DNA of 64,000 nucleotides, taken from Hyphomicrobiales bacterium (GTDB lineage Bacteria > Pseudomonadota > Alphaproteobacteria > Rhizobiales > Methyloligellaceae). Below, in pieces: positions 16,006 through 26,112 of this stretch. The notes beneath the pieces were generated by a model. The model saw nothing but the letters and a program-made list of their open reading frames with translations. It was not told the origin of the DNA and did not search any database. Location: contig PLBV01000125.1 of assembly GCA_003135455.1 (NCBI GenBank), positions 16,458-80,457 of the forward strand, given 5' to 3'. The position numbers and the translations under genes were made by a program. Each line of letters begins with the position of its first letter. Within the stretch, counting starts at the first letter, position 1.

Positions 16006-16704
16006 GTGGTCGGACACCTCACCTCCATCGAGATCAACGCCACCTTCTATCGGCTGCAGACGGCCGCAAGCTTCCGCAAATGGGCCGATGCGGTGCCGGA
16101 CGGCTTCGTCTTCTCCGTGAAAGCCCCGCGCCTCGTCACCCATCGCCGGGTGCTGGCCGAGAGCCTGACCGCCATGCAGCGTTTTCTCCAGTCGGGAGTG
16201 CTCGAGCTCGGGGACCGGCTGGGGCCGATCCTCTGGCAGCTCGCGGCCACCAAGCAATTCGAGGAGGCGGACTTCGGAAACTTCCTCGAACGCTTGCCGC
16301 AATGGCTCGACGGACAGCCGCTTCGCCACGTCGTCGAGGTGAGCCATGAGAGCTTCCGCGATCCGGCCTTCATTCGCCTGCTGCGGGACTTTGGCGTGGC
16401 CGCAGCGTATTTGGAAAACGATGCCTCCCCCGCAATCGCCGATCTGACCGCCGATTTCGTCTATGCGCGCTTGCAGAAGGGAAAGGACACCATCGAGACC
16501 GGCTACAGCCCGCGCGATCTCGACGCTCTCGCGGAGCGGGCGCGCATCTGGGCCGCGGGCGGCGAGCCCGATGACCTTCCCCACGTGGACGCCGCGCATA
16601 AGGCCGCTCGGCAGCCTCGCGACGTCTTCATCTATTTCATCCGCGAAGGGAAGCTGCGAGCCCCGGCAGCGGCGGCAGAGCTGATCGAGCGGCTGGAAGC
16701 CTGA
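16006..16704 (+). pseudogene. DUF72/YecE family gene, 3' part (N-terminally truncated)
   Basis: SIEINATFYR...FSVKAPRLVTH...LGPILWQL...HVVEVSHESF...FVYARL...VFIYF; the first four codons come from the element. Confidence 0.9.
16018..16034 (+). repeat. attR core CTCACCTCCATCGAGAT
   Basis: Direct repeat of 544-560. Confidence 0.88.
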
Positions 16705-16753
16705 TCCGGAAAAGTGGAAATCGGTTTTCCGATAAGATCATGCGCCAACAAAA
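16702..16753 (+). repeat. Hyphomicrobiales intergenic palindromic repeat
   Basis: TGATCCGGAAAAGTGGAAATCGGTTTTCCGATAAGATCATGC; inverted related copy at ~29184-29232. Confidence 0.8.
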
Positions 16754-16779
16754 GCCTGGTGGATGGTGGGCCGGCCTAG

Positions 16780-18048
16780 CTAGCGTTCGGACAGGCGAGC
16801 GAGCTTGGCGGCTTTGGCGAGTAGCGCTTCGCGGTCTTCTGCGAAGCCTTGCGCGATCCAATCCTGCTCCAGCCGGCGCAGGATGGCGCCAATCTCGGGC
16901 CCTTTAAGATCGCCAAGCGCCATGATGTCGGCGCCACGCAAGGGGAAGACCGGCGCCTGCCAGCGCTCCGGCAGCGCCAGAGCCAGGCGCCATCGAGGAT
17001 CGTCAGCGCAAGCGCCGGAACGAGCCCAGGCGATCCGAAGGGTGGATCGGTAAGCGCTCGCTCCCAATCGATAAAGCGCTGCTTGCGCGCTCCCCTCCTC
17101 CGGCAAGCCCCGATCGAGCGCATCGTCCGCAGCAAGCGCGAGCACCGCCTGCTCGGCATTGGCAAGCCTAAGACGCTCGCCAAGCCGCGCCCCGTCCTCC
17201 CGCACAAAGACCGCCAGGCTCGCGAGCCTCAGGGCAGCATCGGGTGCCAGCCCAAGTGCTGTATCGATCTCAATAAGCCGCGCGAAATCCGCCAACCGCG
17301 GCACGCCGCCGAGCAGGCTCGTCAGCAGCCCATAATCGTAAAGTGCGGCGATCGCGCCCGCCGCTTGCGGAGCGACGAGAATGCGCCGGAGCTCGGCCCC
17401 GACCCTTTCGGCTGAGAGGTGCGCCAGCCCCTCCCGCAGCCTGACCGAAGCCGCGAGCCCCGCGGGGTCCAGCGGACCCTTGCCGTAATAGGCGTTGAAG
17501 CGGAAGAAGCGCAGGATGCGTAAATAGTCTTCCTTGATGCGCTCCTCGGGAGCGCCGATGAAGCGCACGCGGCCGGCCTTAAGATCGGCAAAGCCGCCGA
17601 GCGGATCGAACACCGTGCCATGGCGGTCGGCATAGAGCGCGTTCAGAGTAAAGTCCCGCCTCCGTGCATCCTCCTCCCAATCCTCGGTGAAGGCGATGCG
17701 CGCATGGCGGCCGAAGGTCTCCACGTCGCGCCTGAGCGTGGTGACCTCGAAAGGAACGCCAGAGGCGATAACGGTGACCGTCCCGTGGTCAATGCCGGTC
17801 GGCACCGCCTTCAGCCCGGCCTTGGCGGCAAGCGCCATCACCGTCGGAGGCACAACCGTGGTGGCGAGATCGACCTCTACCACCGGTAGCTTGAGCAGGC
17901 TGTTGCGCACGGCGCCTCCGACCGCGCGGGTCTCGACGCCCTCGCCGGCCAAGGCGTCGAACACGGCGCTCGTCTCCGCCCGCTCCAGCCATTCAGCGCC
18001 TTGGAGCGACGGAGGTTCGAGCGGCAGCTCGCGATCATGCTCGGCCAT
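16780..18048 (-). CDS. cca: CCA tRNA nucleotidyltransferase
   Basis: VGGAVRN...EVDLAT, EVTTLRRD, DARRRDFTLNAL, EDYLRILRFFRF. Confidence 0.93.
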   Translation of the reverse strand: MAEHDRELPLEPPSLQGAEWLERAETSAVFDALAGEGVETRAVGGAVRNSLLKLPVVEVDLATTVVPPTVMALAAKAGLKAVPTGIDHGTVTVIASGVPFEVTTLRRDVETFGRHARIAFTEDWEEDARRRDFTLNALYADRHGTVFDPLGGFADLKAGRVRFIGAPEERIKEDYLRILRFFRFNAYYGKGPLDPAGLAASVRLREGLAHLSAERVGAELRRILVAPQAAGAIAALYDYGLLTSLLGGVPRLADFARLIEIDTALGLAPDAALRLASLAVFVREDGARLGERLRLANAEQAVLALAADDALDRGLPEEGSAQAALYRLGASAYRSTLRIAWARSGACADDPRWRLALALPERWQAPVFPLRGADIMALGDLKGPEIGAILRRLEQDWIAQGFAEDREALLAKAAKLARLSER

Positions 18049-18060
18049 GGGGGCTCGCCG

Positions 18061-18321
18061 TCAGTCGATCTCGCCGGGCTTGACCACTCCGTCTTGCAGG
18101 ATCGGGGGATGATAGGTGCCGCCGGGCCTGCCGCCCGAAAACGAGATCAGCGTTGCCATGGTGATGAGCAGCAGCGTCGCTCCTGCGGCGAGCAGCCAGA
18201 CGACCGGCGCGCCTTGCCAGAGGCCTGCGGGCGAAGCACTTCTTGTGGCAAGCATATAGGCCCCATAGAGGAGGAACGGCAGCGCGAACATGAAGACGTC
18301 GATCAGGGCGATGCGCAGCAT
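18061..18321 (-). CDS. Small membrane protein (DUF6111-like)
   Basis: FALPFLLY...TYHPPILQDGVVKPG; usual neighbour of cca. Confidence 0.75.
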   Translation of the reverse strand: MLRIALIDVFMFALPFLLYGAYMLATRSASPAGLWQGAPVVWLLAAGATLLLITMATLISFSGGRPGGTYHPPILQDGVVKPGEID

Positions 18322-18397
18322 CGATATGGCGGCCTTGTGGAGAGCGGCGTTGCCGAGACCATAGCGACGGTCGGTTCACAAAGCGAGCGCCACCCCG

Positions 18398-18982
18398 TCA
18401 GCCCTCGGGTGCCGTCGCGGGGAAAGGGAAGAAGCTGCCTCCGCTCCATACCCCAAGCGCCTCGCCCTCAACGCCGCCGTCCGTCACCGCCGCCGCCACC
18501 AGCTCGTAATAGACAGGGCGGGCAAGCCGCGCCTCGAGCCCATCGCGCAAGCTGATGAAGGGGGTGAAGCTCCCGTCCCTCTCGTTGCGGAAGCGGAAAG
18601 GGTGGGCCGCATCGGCGGTCACCACCTCGTCGAGGCTGGTGCGGAAGCTGAGACGCTGGTCCTTGCCGCTGCCCGCGACCGTCATCTCCACCGCGAGGAA
18701 GGGCGCGTCCTCGACCGCGATCGGCACCTTCTCCACCGGGGTTACGAGAAAATAATGTTGGTCGTCCTCCTTGCGCAGCACCGAGGCGAACAGCTTGACG
18801 AGCGGCTTACGCTGAATGGCGCTGCCTTGATAATACCAGGTGCCGTCGCGGCCGATCTTGAGCCCGATATCCCCGCAAACCCCGCTTGCGGGCGGCACGC
18901 CCCCGGCAGGTTTGCGGCGGATGTCGCCAAGTGCTACGACAGCCTCCTGTTGATCCTGTTGCTTTTTGTCCTGTTCAGGCAT
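18398..18982 (-). CDS. DUF1285 domain protein
   Basis: IGRDGTWYYQGSAIQRKPLVKLFASVL...LVTPVEK...VEDAPF...GVWSGG. Confidence 0.88.
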   Translation of the reverse strand: MPEQDKKQQDQQEAVVALGDIRRKPAGGVPPASGVCGDIGLKIGRDGTWYYQGSAIQRKPLVKLFASVLRKEDDQHYFLVTPVEKVPIAVEDAPFLAVEMTVAGSGKDQRLSFRTSLDEVVTADAAHPFRFRNERDGSFTPFISLRDGLEARLARPVYYELVAAAVTDGGVEGEALGVWSGGSFFPFPATAPEG

Positions 18983-19166
18983 CTTTCGCCGCTTCTGACC
19001 AATCCCTATCTCTGCTTTGCTGCCTTGACCTGGCCGGAGCCCTTGGGAACCATCACGATTGTGACGAAATTGCTGCCCAGAGTGTTTCCGTATCCGCTAG
19101 GCGTTTATCGCCTATAGTCCTCCACGATCCCTTTTTGAGCCCCCTCTGTTGAGCCAAACTGACACC

Positions 19167-20165
19167 ATGACAACACTCGCCCCCACGGAAGCACAGCTTC
19201 TCGACCGTATCGAAGAGGTCGGCGCCAAGATCAAGAAGGTGCGCGACGCTACCAGCTCCGTGATCTTCGGTCAGGAGCGCGTCATCGAGCTTGCGCTGAT
19301 CACGCTCCTGTCCGGCGGTCATGCGCTCTTGATCGGCGTGCCCGGCCTCGCCAAGACGAGCCTGGTGGAGACGCTGGGCGCCGTGCTCGGCCTGGCCAAC
19401 AAGCGCATCCAGTTCACCCCCGATCTGATGCCGTCGGACATCGTCGGCTCCGAGGTGCTGGAAGAGACGACCCAAGGACGGCGGAGCTTCCGCTTCGTCC
19501 AGGGTCCGGTCTTTACCCAGCTCCTGATGGCCGACGAGATCAACCGCGCAAGCCCAAAGACCCAGTCGGCGCTGTTGCAGGCCATGCAGGAGCATCACGT
19601 CACCGTGGCCGGCGTCCGCCACAACGTGCCGCAGCCCTTCCACGTGCTGGCAACGCAGAACCCGTTGGAGCAGGAAGGAACCTATCCCCTGCCCGAAGCG
19701 CAGTTGGACCGGTTCCTGCTGCAGATCGACGTCTCCTATCCCGACGAGGCGGCCGAGCGCCGCATGCTGTTCGCCACCACCGGCGTCGAGCAGCGGGAGC
19801 TGAAGACCATCCTGTCGGCCGAGGAGCTGATGGTGGCGCAGCGGCTGGTGCGCCAGCTGCCCGTAGGCGACCAGGTGGTCGACGCCATCCTCAAGCTCGT
19901 GCGCTCGGCGCGCCCCGGCACCGGCATCGATTCCGAGCTCGAGGACATGATCGCCTGGGGCCCCGGCCCCCGTGCGAGCCAGGCGCTGATGCTCGCCGTC
20001 CGCGCCAAGGCGCTGATGGATGGCAGGCTCGCGCCGTCCGTGGACGACGTGGTCGAGCTCGCCGAGCCCGTGCTCAAGCACCGCATGGCGCTCACCTTCG
20101 CCGCCCGCGCCCAGCGCGTGCAGATGAGCGACATGGTCTCGCGGCTGGTTCAGCCGCTGGGGTAA
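19167..20165 (+). CDS. MoxR-family AAA+ ATPase
   Basis: GVPGLAKT, RIQFTPDLMPSDI, DEINRASPKTQSALL, ATQNPLEQEGTYPLPEAQLDRF. Confidence 0.96.
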   Translation: MTTLAPTEAQLLDRIEEVGAKIKKVRDATSSVIFGQERVIELALITLLSGGHALLIGVPGLAKTSLVETLGAVLGLANKRIQFTPDLMPSDIVGSEVLEETTQGRRSFRFVQGPVFTQLLMADEINRASPKTQSALLQAMQEHHVTVAGVRHNVPQPFHVLATQNPLEQEGTYPLPEAQLDRFLLQIDVSYPDEAAERRMLFATTGVEQRELKTILSAEELMVAQRLVRQLPVGDQVVDAILKLVRSARPGTGIDSELEDMIAWGPGPRASQALMLAVRAKALMDGRLAPSVDDVVELAEPVLKHRMALTFAARAQRVQMSDMVSRLVQPLG

Positions 20166-20173
20166 CGGAAGCA

Positions 20174-21130
20174 TTGGCCAAATCACCCGAGAGACTGCTG
20201 GAGCCATTTCCCGACGAGGAGCCTGAAGCCCACGCCTTGGCGGCGCGCATGCCCGCGCTCTTGGTCGAGGCCCAGCGCGTCGCTCATACCGTCACCCACG
20301 GCATTCATGGACGGCGCCGCTCAGGGCCGGGCGAGACCTTCTGGCAGTTCCGCCATTTCGACACGAACGACTCTCTCGCCGGCGTCGATTGGCGCCGCTC
20401 GGCAAGCTCCGACCATCTGTTCGTGCGCGAGCGGGAGTGGGAGGCCGCGCACACGGTGTGGCTCTGGGTGGATCTGTCGCCCTCGATGCAATTCCGCTCC
20501 GACCTGTCGACGACGCCGAAAGATAGCCGCGCCGTGGTGCTGGCGCTGGCGCTGGCCGAGCTGCTCGCCCGCGGTGGCGAGCGGGTTGGCATTCTCGGCG
20601 GCACGCCCTTTACCGGCCGCAACGGCAGCCGCCGCGTCGCCGAGGTCTTGGCACGGGATGCCGACAGGACTTCGAGCCTGCCGCCACCGGCGCACCTCAA
20701 CCGCTTCTCCGAATGTCTCCTGTTCAGCGATTTCCTCGAGCCCGTGGAAGAGACGGCCGTGCGCCTGGAGGCCATCGCAGCGCAAGAGGTGCGCGGCCAT
20801 CTCGTCCAGATCCTGGACCCCGCCGAGGAGACGTTTCCCTATCAGGGCCGCACCGAGTTCGTGGCGAGCGAAGGCAATGACCGGGTGATCGCCGGCCGCG
20901 CCGAGCTGCTGCGCGACCGCTATCGGGCCCGCCTTGAGGCTCATCGCGCCGCGATTGCACAGGCCGCCACGCGCCTCAGCTGGTCCTTCCTGGTCCACCA
21001 CACCGACCGCCCGGCGGAGGAAGTTGTGCTTGTCGTCCATAACCGCCTCGCCGGGCTGGAGCGCGACTACCGCTACCGCCCCCCGCGTCCAGTTGCCGAC
21101 AGCCCGAGAGCCTCAGGGCCGCGACCATGA
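20174..21130 (+). CDS. DUF58 (VWA-like) protein
   Basis: GETFWQFR, DWRRSA, VREREWE, DLSPSM, LFSDF. Confidence 0.92.
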   Translation: MAKSPERLLEPFPDEEPEAHALAARMPALLVEAQRVAHTVTHGIHGRRRSGPGETFWQFRHFDTNDSLAGVDWRRSASSDHLFVREREWEAAHTVWLWVDLSPSMQFRSDLSTTPKDSRAVVLALALAELLARGGERVGILGGTPFTGRNGSRRVAEVLARDADRTSSLPPPAHLNRFSECLLFSDFLEPVEETAVRLEAIAAQEVRGHLVQILDPAEETFPYQGRTEFVASEGNDRVIAGRAELLRDRYRARLEAHRAAIAQAATRLSWSFLVHHTDRPAEEVVLVVHNRLAGLERDYRYRPPRPVADSPRASGPRP

Positions 21131-23985
21131 TCGCGCTCGGCACCCTGGGCTTCCTCTCGCCTTGGCTGCTGGCGGCTCTCGCAGCACTTCCCGCCATCTG
21201 GTGGTTGCTGCGGCTGACGCCGCCAACCCCGCACCGGGTCGTGTTCCCACCGACGCGGCTCGCCAAGGACCCGGAGACGACACAGACCCCGGCCCATAGC
21301 CCCTGGTGGCTCACGGCGCTGCGCATGCTGCTTGCGGCACTGATCGTGCTGGCGCTGGCGCGGCCCGTGCTCAACCCCGACCGGCAGAGCTTTGCCGGCT
21401 CGGGCCCCCTCGTCCTCGTCATCGACAATGGCTGGGCGTCGGCCGCCCATTGGCCGGAGCGCCGCGAGGCCATCGAGGCGGCCATCGACCGCGCCGGGCG
21501 CGACGGCAAGACGGTGGTGCTCGCACCCACCGCACCCGGCGAGCCCGTGAGCGGCCCGATCGCGGCCGGCCAGGCACGGGAGAGCGCCGCTGGGTTGACA
21601 CCAGCCCCTTACGCGCCGGACCGCGCCGGCCTCGCCAAGATGCTTGAGAGCCAACTCGCCAATGCCACCGATTACAGCGTGTACTGGCTTTCCGACGGGC
21701 TGGACTATGGCGACGGGCAAGCCTTCGCGGAGCGCCTTGCCAAGCTCGCCGGCGCTACCGGCAGTCTCACCATCCTCCGCCCTGAGGGCGACGACGCGGC
21801 ACTGGCCGTCGATCAGGCCGACGGCGAGGGGAGCGAGCTCGCTGCGCGGGTGTTGAGCGCGAGCGGTGGTCCGCATTCCGGCGTGGTCAGGGCGCTGACA
21901 GGCAGGGGCGAGCCTCTGGGCGAGGCGTCCTTCACCATCCCGCCAGGTGCGCGTGAAGGCAAAGCGGGCTTCGAGCTGCCGCTCGAGATCCGCAATCAAG
22001 TGGCCCGGCTGGAGATCGCGGGCGAGCCTTCTGCCGGCGCCGTGCATTTGTTGGACGGCCAGTCGGAGTGGCACCGGGTCGGCATCGTCTCAGGCGAATC
22101 CCAAGAGGCGGCCCAGCCCCTGCTCTCGCCGCTCTATTACGTGCAGCGCGCGCTGTCCCCTTACGCCGACGTGGTTACCCCCAGCGAAGGCAATGTCGCC
22201 ACCGCCGTGCACGAGCTCGTGGATCAGAAGGTCTCGACCATCGTGCTCGCCGATATTGGCAAGCTCGTCGCCGGCACCGAGCAGGAGCTCGACGAATGGC
22301 TGAAATCGGGCGGCGTGCTGATCCGCTTCGCCGGCCCAAGGCTCGAGCAGGGCGGCGACGAACTGCTGCCGGTGGCCTTGCGCCGCGGCGGCCGCTCACT
22401 TGGCGGGTCCTTATCCTGGAGCACGCCGCAGCCGCTTGCCCCCTTCGAGGAAGCGAGCCCCTTCCGGGGGCTTGTCGTCCCTGAGGACGTCAAGGTGAGC
22501 CGGCAGGTGCTAGCCGACCCGACCGTGGCCATGGACGCGCAGGTCTGGGCGCGGCTTGCCGATGGCACGCCCTTGGTCACGGCGGCCAAGCAAGGTAACG
22601 GCTGGATCGTGCTCTTCCACGTGACCGCCAATTCCGACTGGTCGAACCTGCCCCTTTCCGGCCTGTTCGTGGAGATGCTTCGCCGCGTGGTGACCCTTGG
22701 GCCAAGCAAGGTCGGGGCACCTTCGGGTGAGCAAGCAACAACCGCCGTGGACGCTAGCCACCCTGCCGCGCCCAGCGCTGCGCCCGCCTCGTCGACGGCG
22801 CTGCCGCCGATCCGGACGCTGGACGGATTCGGCCAGCTCACCCCGCCCCCACCCCGCGCCGCCGCAATTGCGCCCGACAAGCTCGACACCACCGTGCCTG
22901 GCCCTGACCACCCGCCCGGCTATTACGGGCCCGCCGGCGCGTCCCGGGCCTTCAACCTCATCACCGCCAAGACAGTGCTCACGCCACTCGACCGCATCGA
23001 AGGCGCAAGCCAGATGAGCGGCTACACCATGCGGCACCCGGTACCGCTGGAGCCCTGGCTCTACCTCGCCGCTCTCGCGCTCTTCACCATGGACGTGCTC
23101 GCCATGCTGGTGCTGAGCGGAGGCCTGCGGCTGCGAAGCCGCGCAACCGCCGCCGCCGCGGCGCTGCTGCTCAGCCTTGCCGTGCTGCCGCTCCAGGGCG
23201 GGCCGGCTAGCGCGCAGGCCCCGGCCAACACGACAAGTGCCGCGGACGAATTTGCGCTGAAGGCGTCGCTCAAGACGCACCTCGCCTATGTCGTCACCGG
23301 CGACCCCCAGATCGACCAGGCGAGCGAGCAGGGCCTTGCGGGTTTGAGCAAGGTGCTGACGGCGCGCACCGCGCTCGAGCCGGCCGAGCCCATGGGCGTC
23401 GACATCGACAAGGACGAGCTCGCCTTCTTCCCGGTTCTATACTGGCCCGTTCGCCAGGACGCCGAGCCGCTCTCCGACGCGACGCTCGCCAAGGTCGACG
23501 CCTTCATGAAGCAGGGCGGCCTGATCATCTTCGACACGCGCGACCAGGGGACTTCCATTCCCGGGGCCAACTCCCAGAACAAGGGCCTCGGCCGGCTGAT
23601 CGGCCAGCTCGACATCCCGCAGCTGGAGCCGGTGCCGGAGAACCACGTGCTGACCAAATCGTTCTATCTGATGCGGAGCTTTCCGGGCCGTTATGACGGC
23701 GGCACCCTTTGGGTCGAGGCCGAGCCCGAAAACGACGCCGACCGCTCCGAGCGCTCCCGCCACACCGACGGGGTGAGCTCGATCGTCGTCACCTCCAACG
23801 ACATGGCCAGCGCCTGGGCGCTGGATGCATCGGACCGGCCGATCTATCCGGTGGTGCCAGGCGGCGAGCTGCAGCGAGAGATGGCGTTCCGCGCCGGGGT
23901 CAACATCGTCATGTATGCGCTCACCGGCAACTACAAGGCCGACCAGGTGCATCTCCCCGCGCTCCTTGAGCGCCTCGGTCAGTAA
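21127..23985 (+). CDS. BatA N-terminal / DUF4159 membrane protein
   Basis: PAIWWLLRLTPP...FPP, LARP, IDNGWASA; C-terminal GVNIVMYALTGNYKADQVH. Confidence 0.88.
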   Translation: MIALGTLGFLSPWLLAALAALPAIWWLLRLTPPTPHRVVFPPTRLAKDPETTQTPAHSPWWLTALRMLLAALIVLALARPVLNPDRQSFAGSGPLVLVIDNGWASAAHWPERREAIEAAIDRAGRDGKTVVLAPTAPGEPVSGPIAAGQARESAAGLTPAPYAPDRAGLAKMLESQLANATDYSVYWLSDGLDYGDGQAFAERLAKLAGATGSLTILRPEGDDAALAVDQADGEGSELAARVLSASGGPHSGVVRALTGRGEPLGEASFTIPPGAREGKAGFELPLEIRNQVARLEIAGEPSAGAVHLLDGQSEWHRVGIVSGESQEAAQPLLSPLYYVQRALSPYADVVTPSEGNVATAVHELVDQKVSTIVLADIGKLVAGTEQELDEWLKSGGVLIRFAGPRLEQGGDELLPVALRRGGRSLGGSLSWSTPQPLAPFEEASPFRGLVVPEDVKVSRQVLADPTVAMDAQVWARLADGTPLVTAAKQGNGWIVLFHVTANSDWSNLPLSGLFVEMLRRVVTLGPSKVGAPSGEQATTAVDASHPAAPSAAPASSTALPPIRTLDGFGQLTPPPPRAAAIAPDKLDTTVPGPDHPPGYYGPAGASRAFNLITAKTVLTPLDRIEGASQMSGYTMRHPVPLEPWLYLAALALFTMDVLAMLVLSGGLRLRSRATAAAAALLLSLAVLPLQGGPASAQAPANTTSAADEFALKASLKTHLAYVVTGDPQIDQASEQGLAGLSKVLTARTALEPAEPMGVDIDKDELAFFPVLYWPVRQDAEPLSDATLAKVDAFMKQGGLIIFDTRDQGTSIPGANSQNKGLGRLIGQLDIPQLEPVPENHVLTKSFYLMRSFPGRYDGGTLWVEAEPENDADRSERSRHTDGVSSIVVTSNDMASAWALDASDRPIYPVVPGGELQREMAFRAGVNIVMYALTGNYKADQVHLPALLERLGQ

Positions 23986-23991
23986 CGCGCC

Positions 23992-26073
23992 ATGACCTGG
24001 TCGCTGGAGTTCGTCCCCTTCGTCCCCTGGCCAGTGCTCTGGGCGCTCGCCGCATTTGGCCTCGTGCTGGTCGCGGCCCTGTTCTGGCGCGCGCGCCGGG
24101 GTGCGGTGTTGCGCGCGCTGAGCTATGCGCTTCTGCTGCTCGCCATCGCCAACCCTCACCTCAAGCAGGAGGACCGCGAGCCGCTCAACGACATCCTTGC
24201 CGTGGTGGTCGACGACAGCCAGAGCCAGACCATCGCCGGGCGCAACGAGCGCACCGAAGCCATCCGCAAGACGCTGGAGGAGCGGCTTAAGAGCTTCCCC
24301 AATCTCGACCTCCGTTTCGTGCATTCCTCCTCGACCGCAAGCGACGGCGAGCGCGACGGCACCATGCTCTTCACCGACCTCGGCAAGGCACTCGCCGACG
24401 TGCCGCCCGACCGGCTCGCGGGCGTCGTCATGATCACCGACGGCGAGGTGCATGACGTGCCGGGAAGCGCCACGGCACTCGGCTTCAATGCGCCGGTGCA
24501 TGCGCTTATCACCGGCAAGCCTGGCGAGTTCGACCGGAGGCTCGAAATCTTGCGCGCGCCACGCTTTGGCCTCGTCGGCGGCGAGCAGACCGTCGAGGTC
24601 AAGGTCAGCGAGACGGCGCCGAGCAACGCCTCGCAGGTCAAGCTCACCATCACCCACCAAGGCGAGGCGCCGACCAGCGAGACCGTCCGCATCGGCGAGA
24701 AGGTGGCTATCCCCGTCAAGATCGACCATGCCGGCGCCAACATCGTCGAGATCGAGGCCGAAGCCGCCCCGAACGAGCTCACCCCCATCAACAACCGCGC
24801 CGTCCTGACCATCGAAGGCGTGCGCGAGAATTTGCGTGTGCTGCTGGTGTCGGGCGAGCCCCATGCCGGCGAGCGCACCTGGCGCAACATGCTGAAGTCC
24901 GACGCCTCGGTCGACCTCGTGCATTTCACCATTCTGCGGCCGCCCGAGAAGCAGGACGGCACGCCCATCAATCAGCTCTCGCTGATCGCCTTCCCCACCC
25001 GCGAGCTGTTCCAGGAGAAGCTCGATCAGTTCGACCTGATCATCTTCGACCGCTATCAGCGCCGTGGCGTGCTGCCGATGCTCTATCTGGAGAACGTCGC
25101 CCATTATGTGGAGCGCGGCGGCGCCGTGCTCGTCTCCGCCGGCGACGACTACGCCTCCCCGCTCAGCCTTTACCGGACCCCGCTCGGCCAGGTGCTGCCT
25201 GCCGTGCCCACCGGGCGCGTGGTCGAGGAGCCGTTCAAGCCGAAGCTCACCGAACTCGGGCAGAAGCATCCCGTCACCGCCGATCTTCCAGGCTCAGCGG
25301 GCGATGAGCCGTCCTGGGGACGTTGGTTCCGCACGGTCGATGCCGATCCGCGCGACGCCGAGGTGCTGATGAAGGGCGGCGAAGGCAAGCCTCTCTTGGT
25401 AATTGGCCAGCGCGGCAAGGGACGCGTGGCGCTTTTGCTGTCGGACCACATTTGGCTCTGGGCGCGTGGCTATGAAGGCGGCGGACCCTATACCGATCTG
25501 CTGCGCCGGCTCGCCCACTGGCTGATGAAGGAGCCGGACCTGGAGGAGGAGACGCTTAAAGCGCAGAGCCGCGGCCAGACCCTCACCATCGACCGCCGCT
25601 CGATCAAGGACGAGGTGGGGCAAGTGACCGTGACGGCGCCCTCAGGCAAGGAGCAGACCCTCACGCTCGACAAGAGCGCGCCCGGACTGTGGCGCAAGGC
25701 GATCACCGCCGACGAGCAGGGCGTCTATCGCGTGGCCGCGGACAAGCTCGCCAGCGTCGTCACCGTGGGCAACGCCAATGCCAAGGAGCTGGCCGCCGTG
25801 ACCGCGACCGACACGGTGCTCAATCCACTGCTCGCCGAGACCGGGGGCGGAAGCTTCTGGCTCGGGCGGACGGCCGAGGATGCCGCGCCCTTGCCGCGTA
25901 TCGTCATGTTGCGTGGTGGGCACATGATGCATGGCGCCGATTGGCTGGGCTTGCACAAGCGCGATGCCTATCACGTGAAGGGCGTGCGCCTGTTCCCGCT
26001 GTTCACCGGCTTCCTGGCGCTTGGGCTGCTGCTCGGCATGATCGCCATCACCTGGTTCCGCGAAGGGCACTAG
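23992..26073 (+). CDS. Conserved membrane protein (VWA/glutamine-amidotransferase-like domains) of the MoxR operon
   Basis: VVDDSQSQ, ITDGEVHD, VSGEPHAGERTWRN, LVHFTILRPPEKQD. Confidence 0.85.
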   Translation: MTWSLEFVPFVPWPVLWALAAFGLVLVAALFWRARRGAVLRALSYALLLLAIANPHLKQEDREPLNDILAVVVDDSQSQTIAGRNERTEAIRKTLEERLKSFPNLDLRFVHSSSTASDGERDGTMLFTDLGKALADVPPDRLAGVVMITDGEVHDVPGSATALGFNAPVHALITGKPGEFDRRLEILRAPRFGLVGGEQTVEVKVSETAPSNASQVKLTITHQGEAPTSETVRIGEKVAIPVKIDHAGANIVEIEAEAAPNELTPINNRAVLTIEGVRENLRVLLVSGEPHAGERTWRNMLKSDASVDLVHFTILRPPEKQDGTPINQLSLIAFPTRELFQEKLDQFDLIIFDRYQRRGVLPMLYLENVAHYVERGGAVLVSAGDDYASPLSLYRTPLGQVLPAVPTGRVVEEPFKPKLTELGQKHPVTADLPGSAGDEPSWGRWFRTVDADPRDAEVLMKGGEGKPLLVIGQRGKGRVALLLSDHIWLWARGYEGGGPYTDLLRRLAHWLMKEPDLEEETLKAQSRGQTLTIDRRSIKDEVGQVTVTAPSGKEQTLTLDKSAPGLWRKAITADEQGVYRVAADKLASVVTVGNANAKELAAVTATDTVLNPLLAETGGGSFWLGRTAEDAAPLPRIVMLRGGHMMHGADWLGLHKRDAYHVKGVRLFPLFTGFLALGLLLGMIAITWFREGH

Positions 26074-26112
26074 CGCTCCGTCGCGTGAGGTCCAATCGCG
26101 ATGGCGCTCTAG
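26070..26112. repeat. Inverted repeat between convergent genes that contains both TAG stops
   Basis: CTAGCGCTCCGTCGCG...CGCGATGGCGCTCTAG. Confidence 0.65.

Larger units (their letters stand above)
544..16034. mobile_element. Integrated tyrosine-integrase element (satellite- or defective-prophage-like) inserted in the DUF72 gene
   Basis: att direct repeats at both ends, integrase at the right end, AlpA at the left end, terminase genes, visibly more AT-rich than the flanks, split target gene. Confidence 0.92.
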
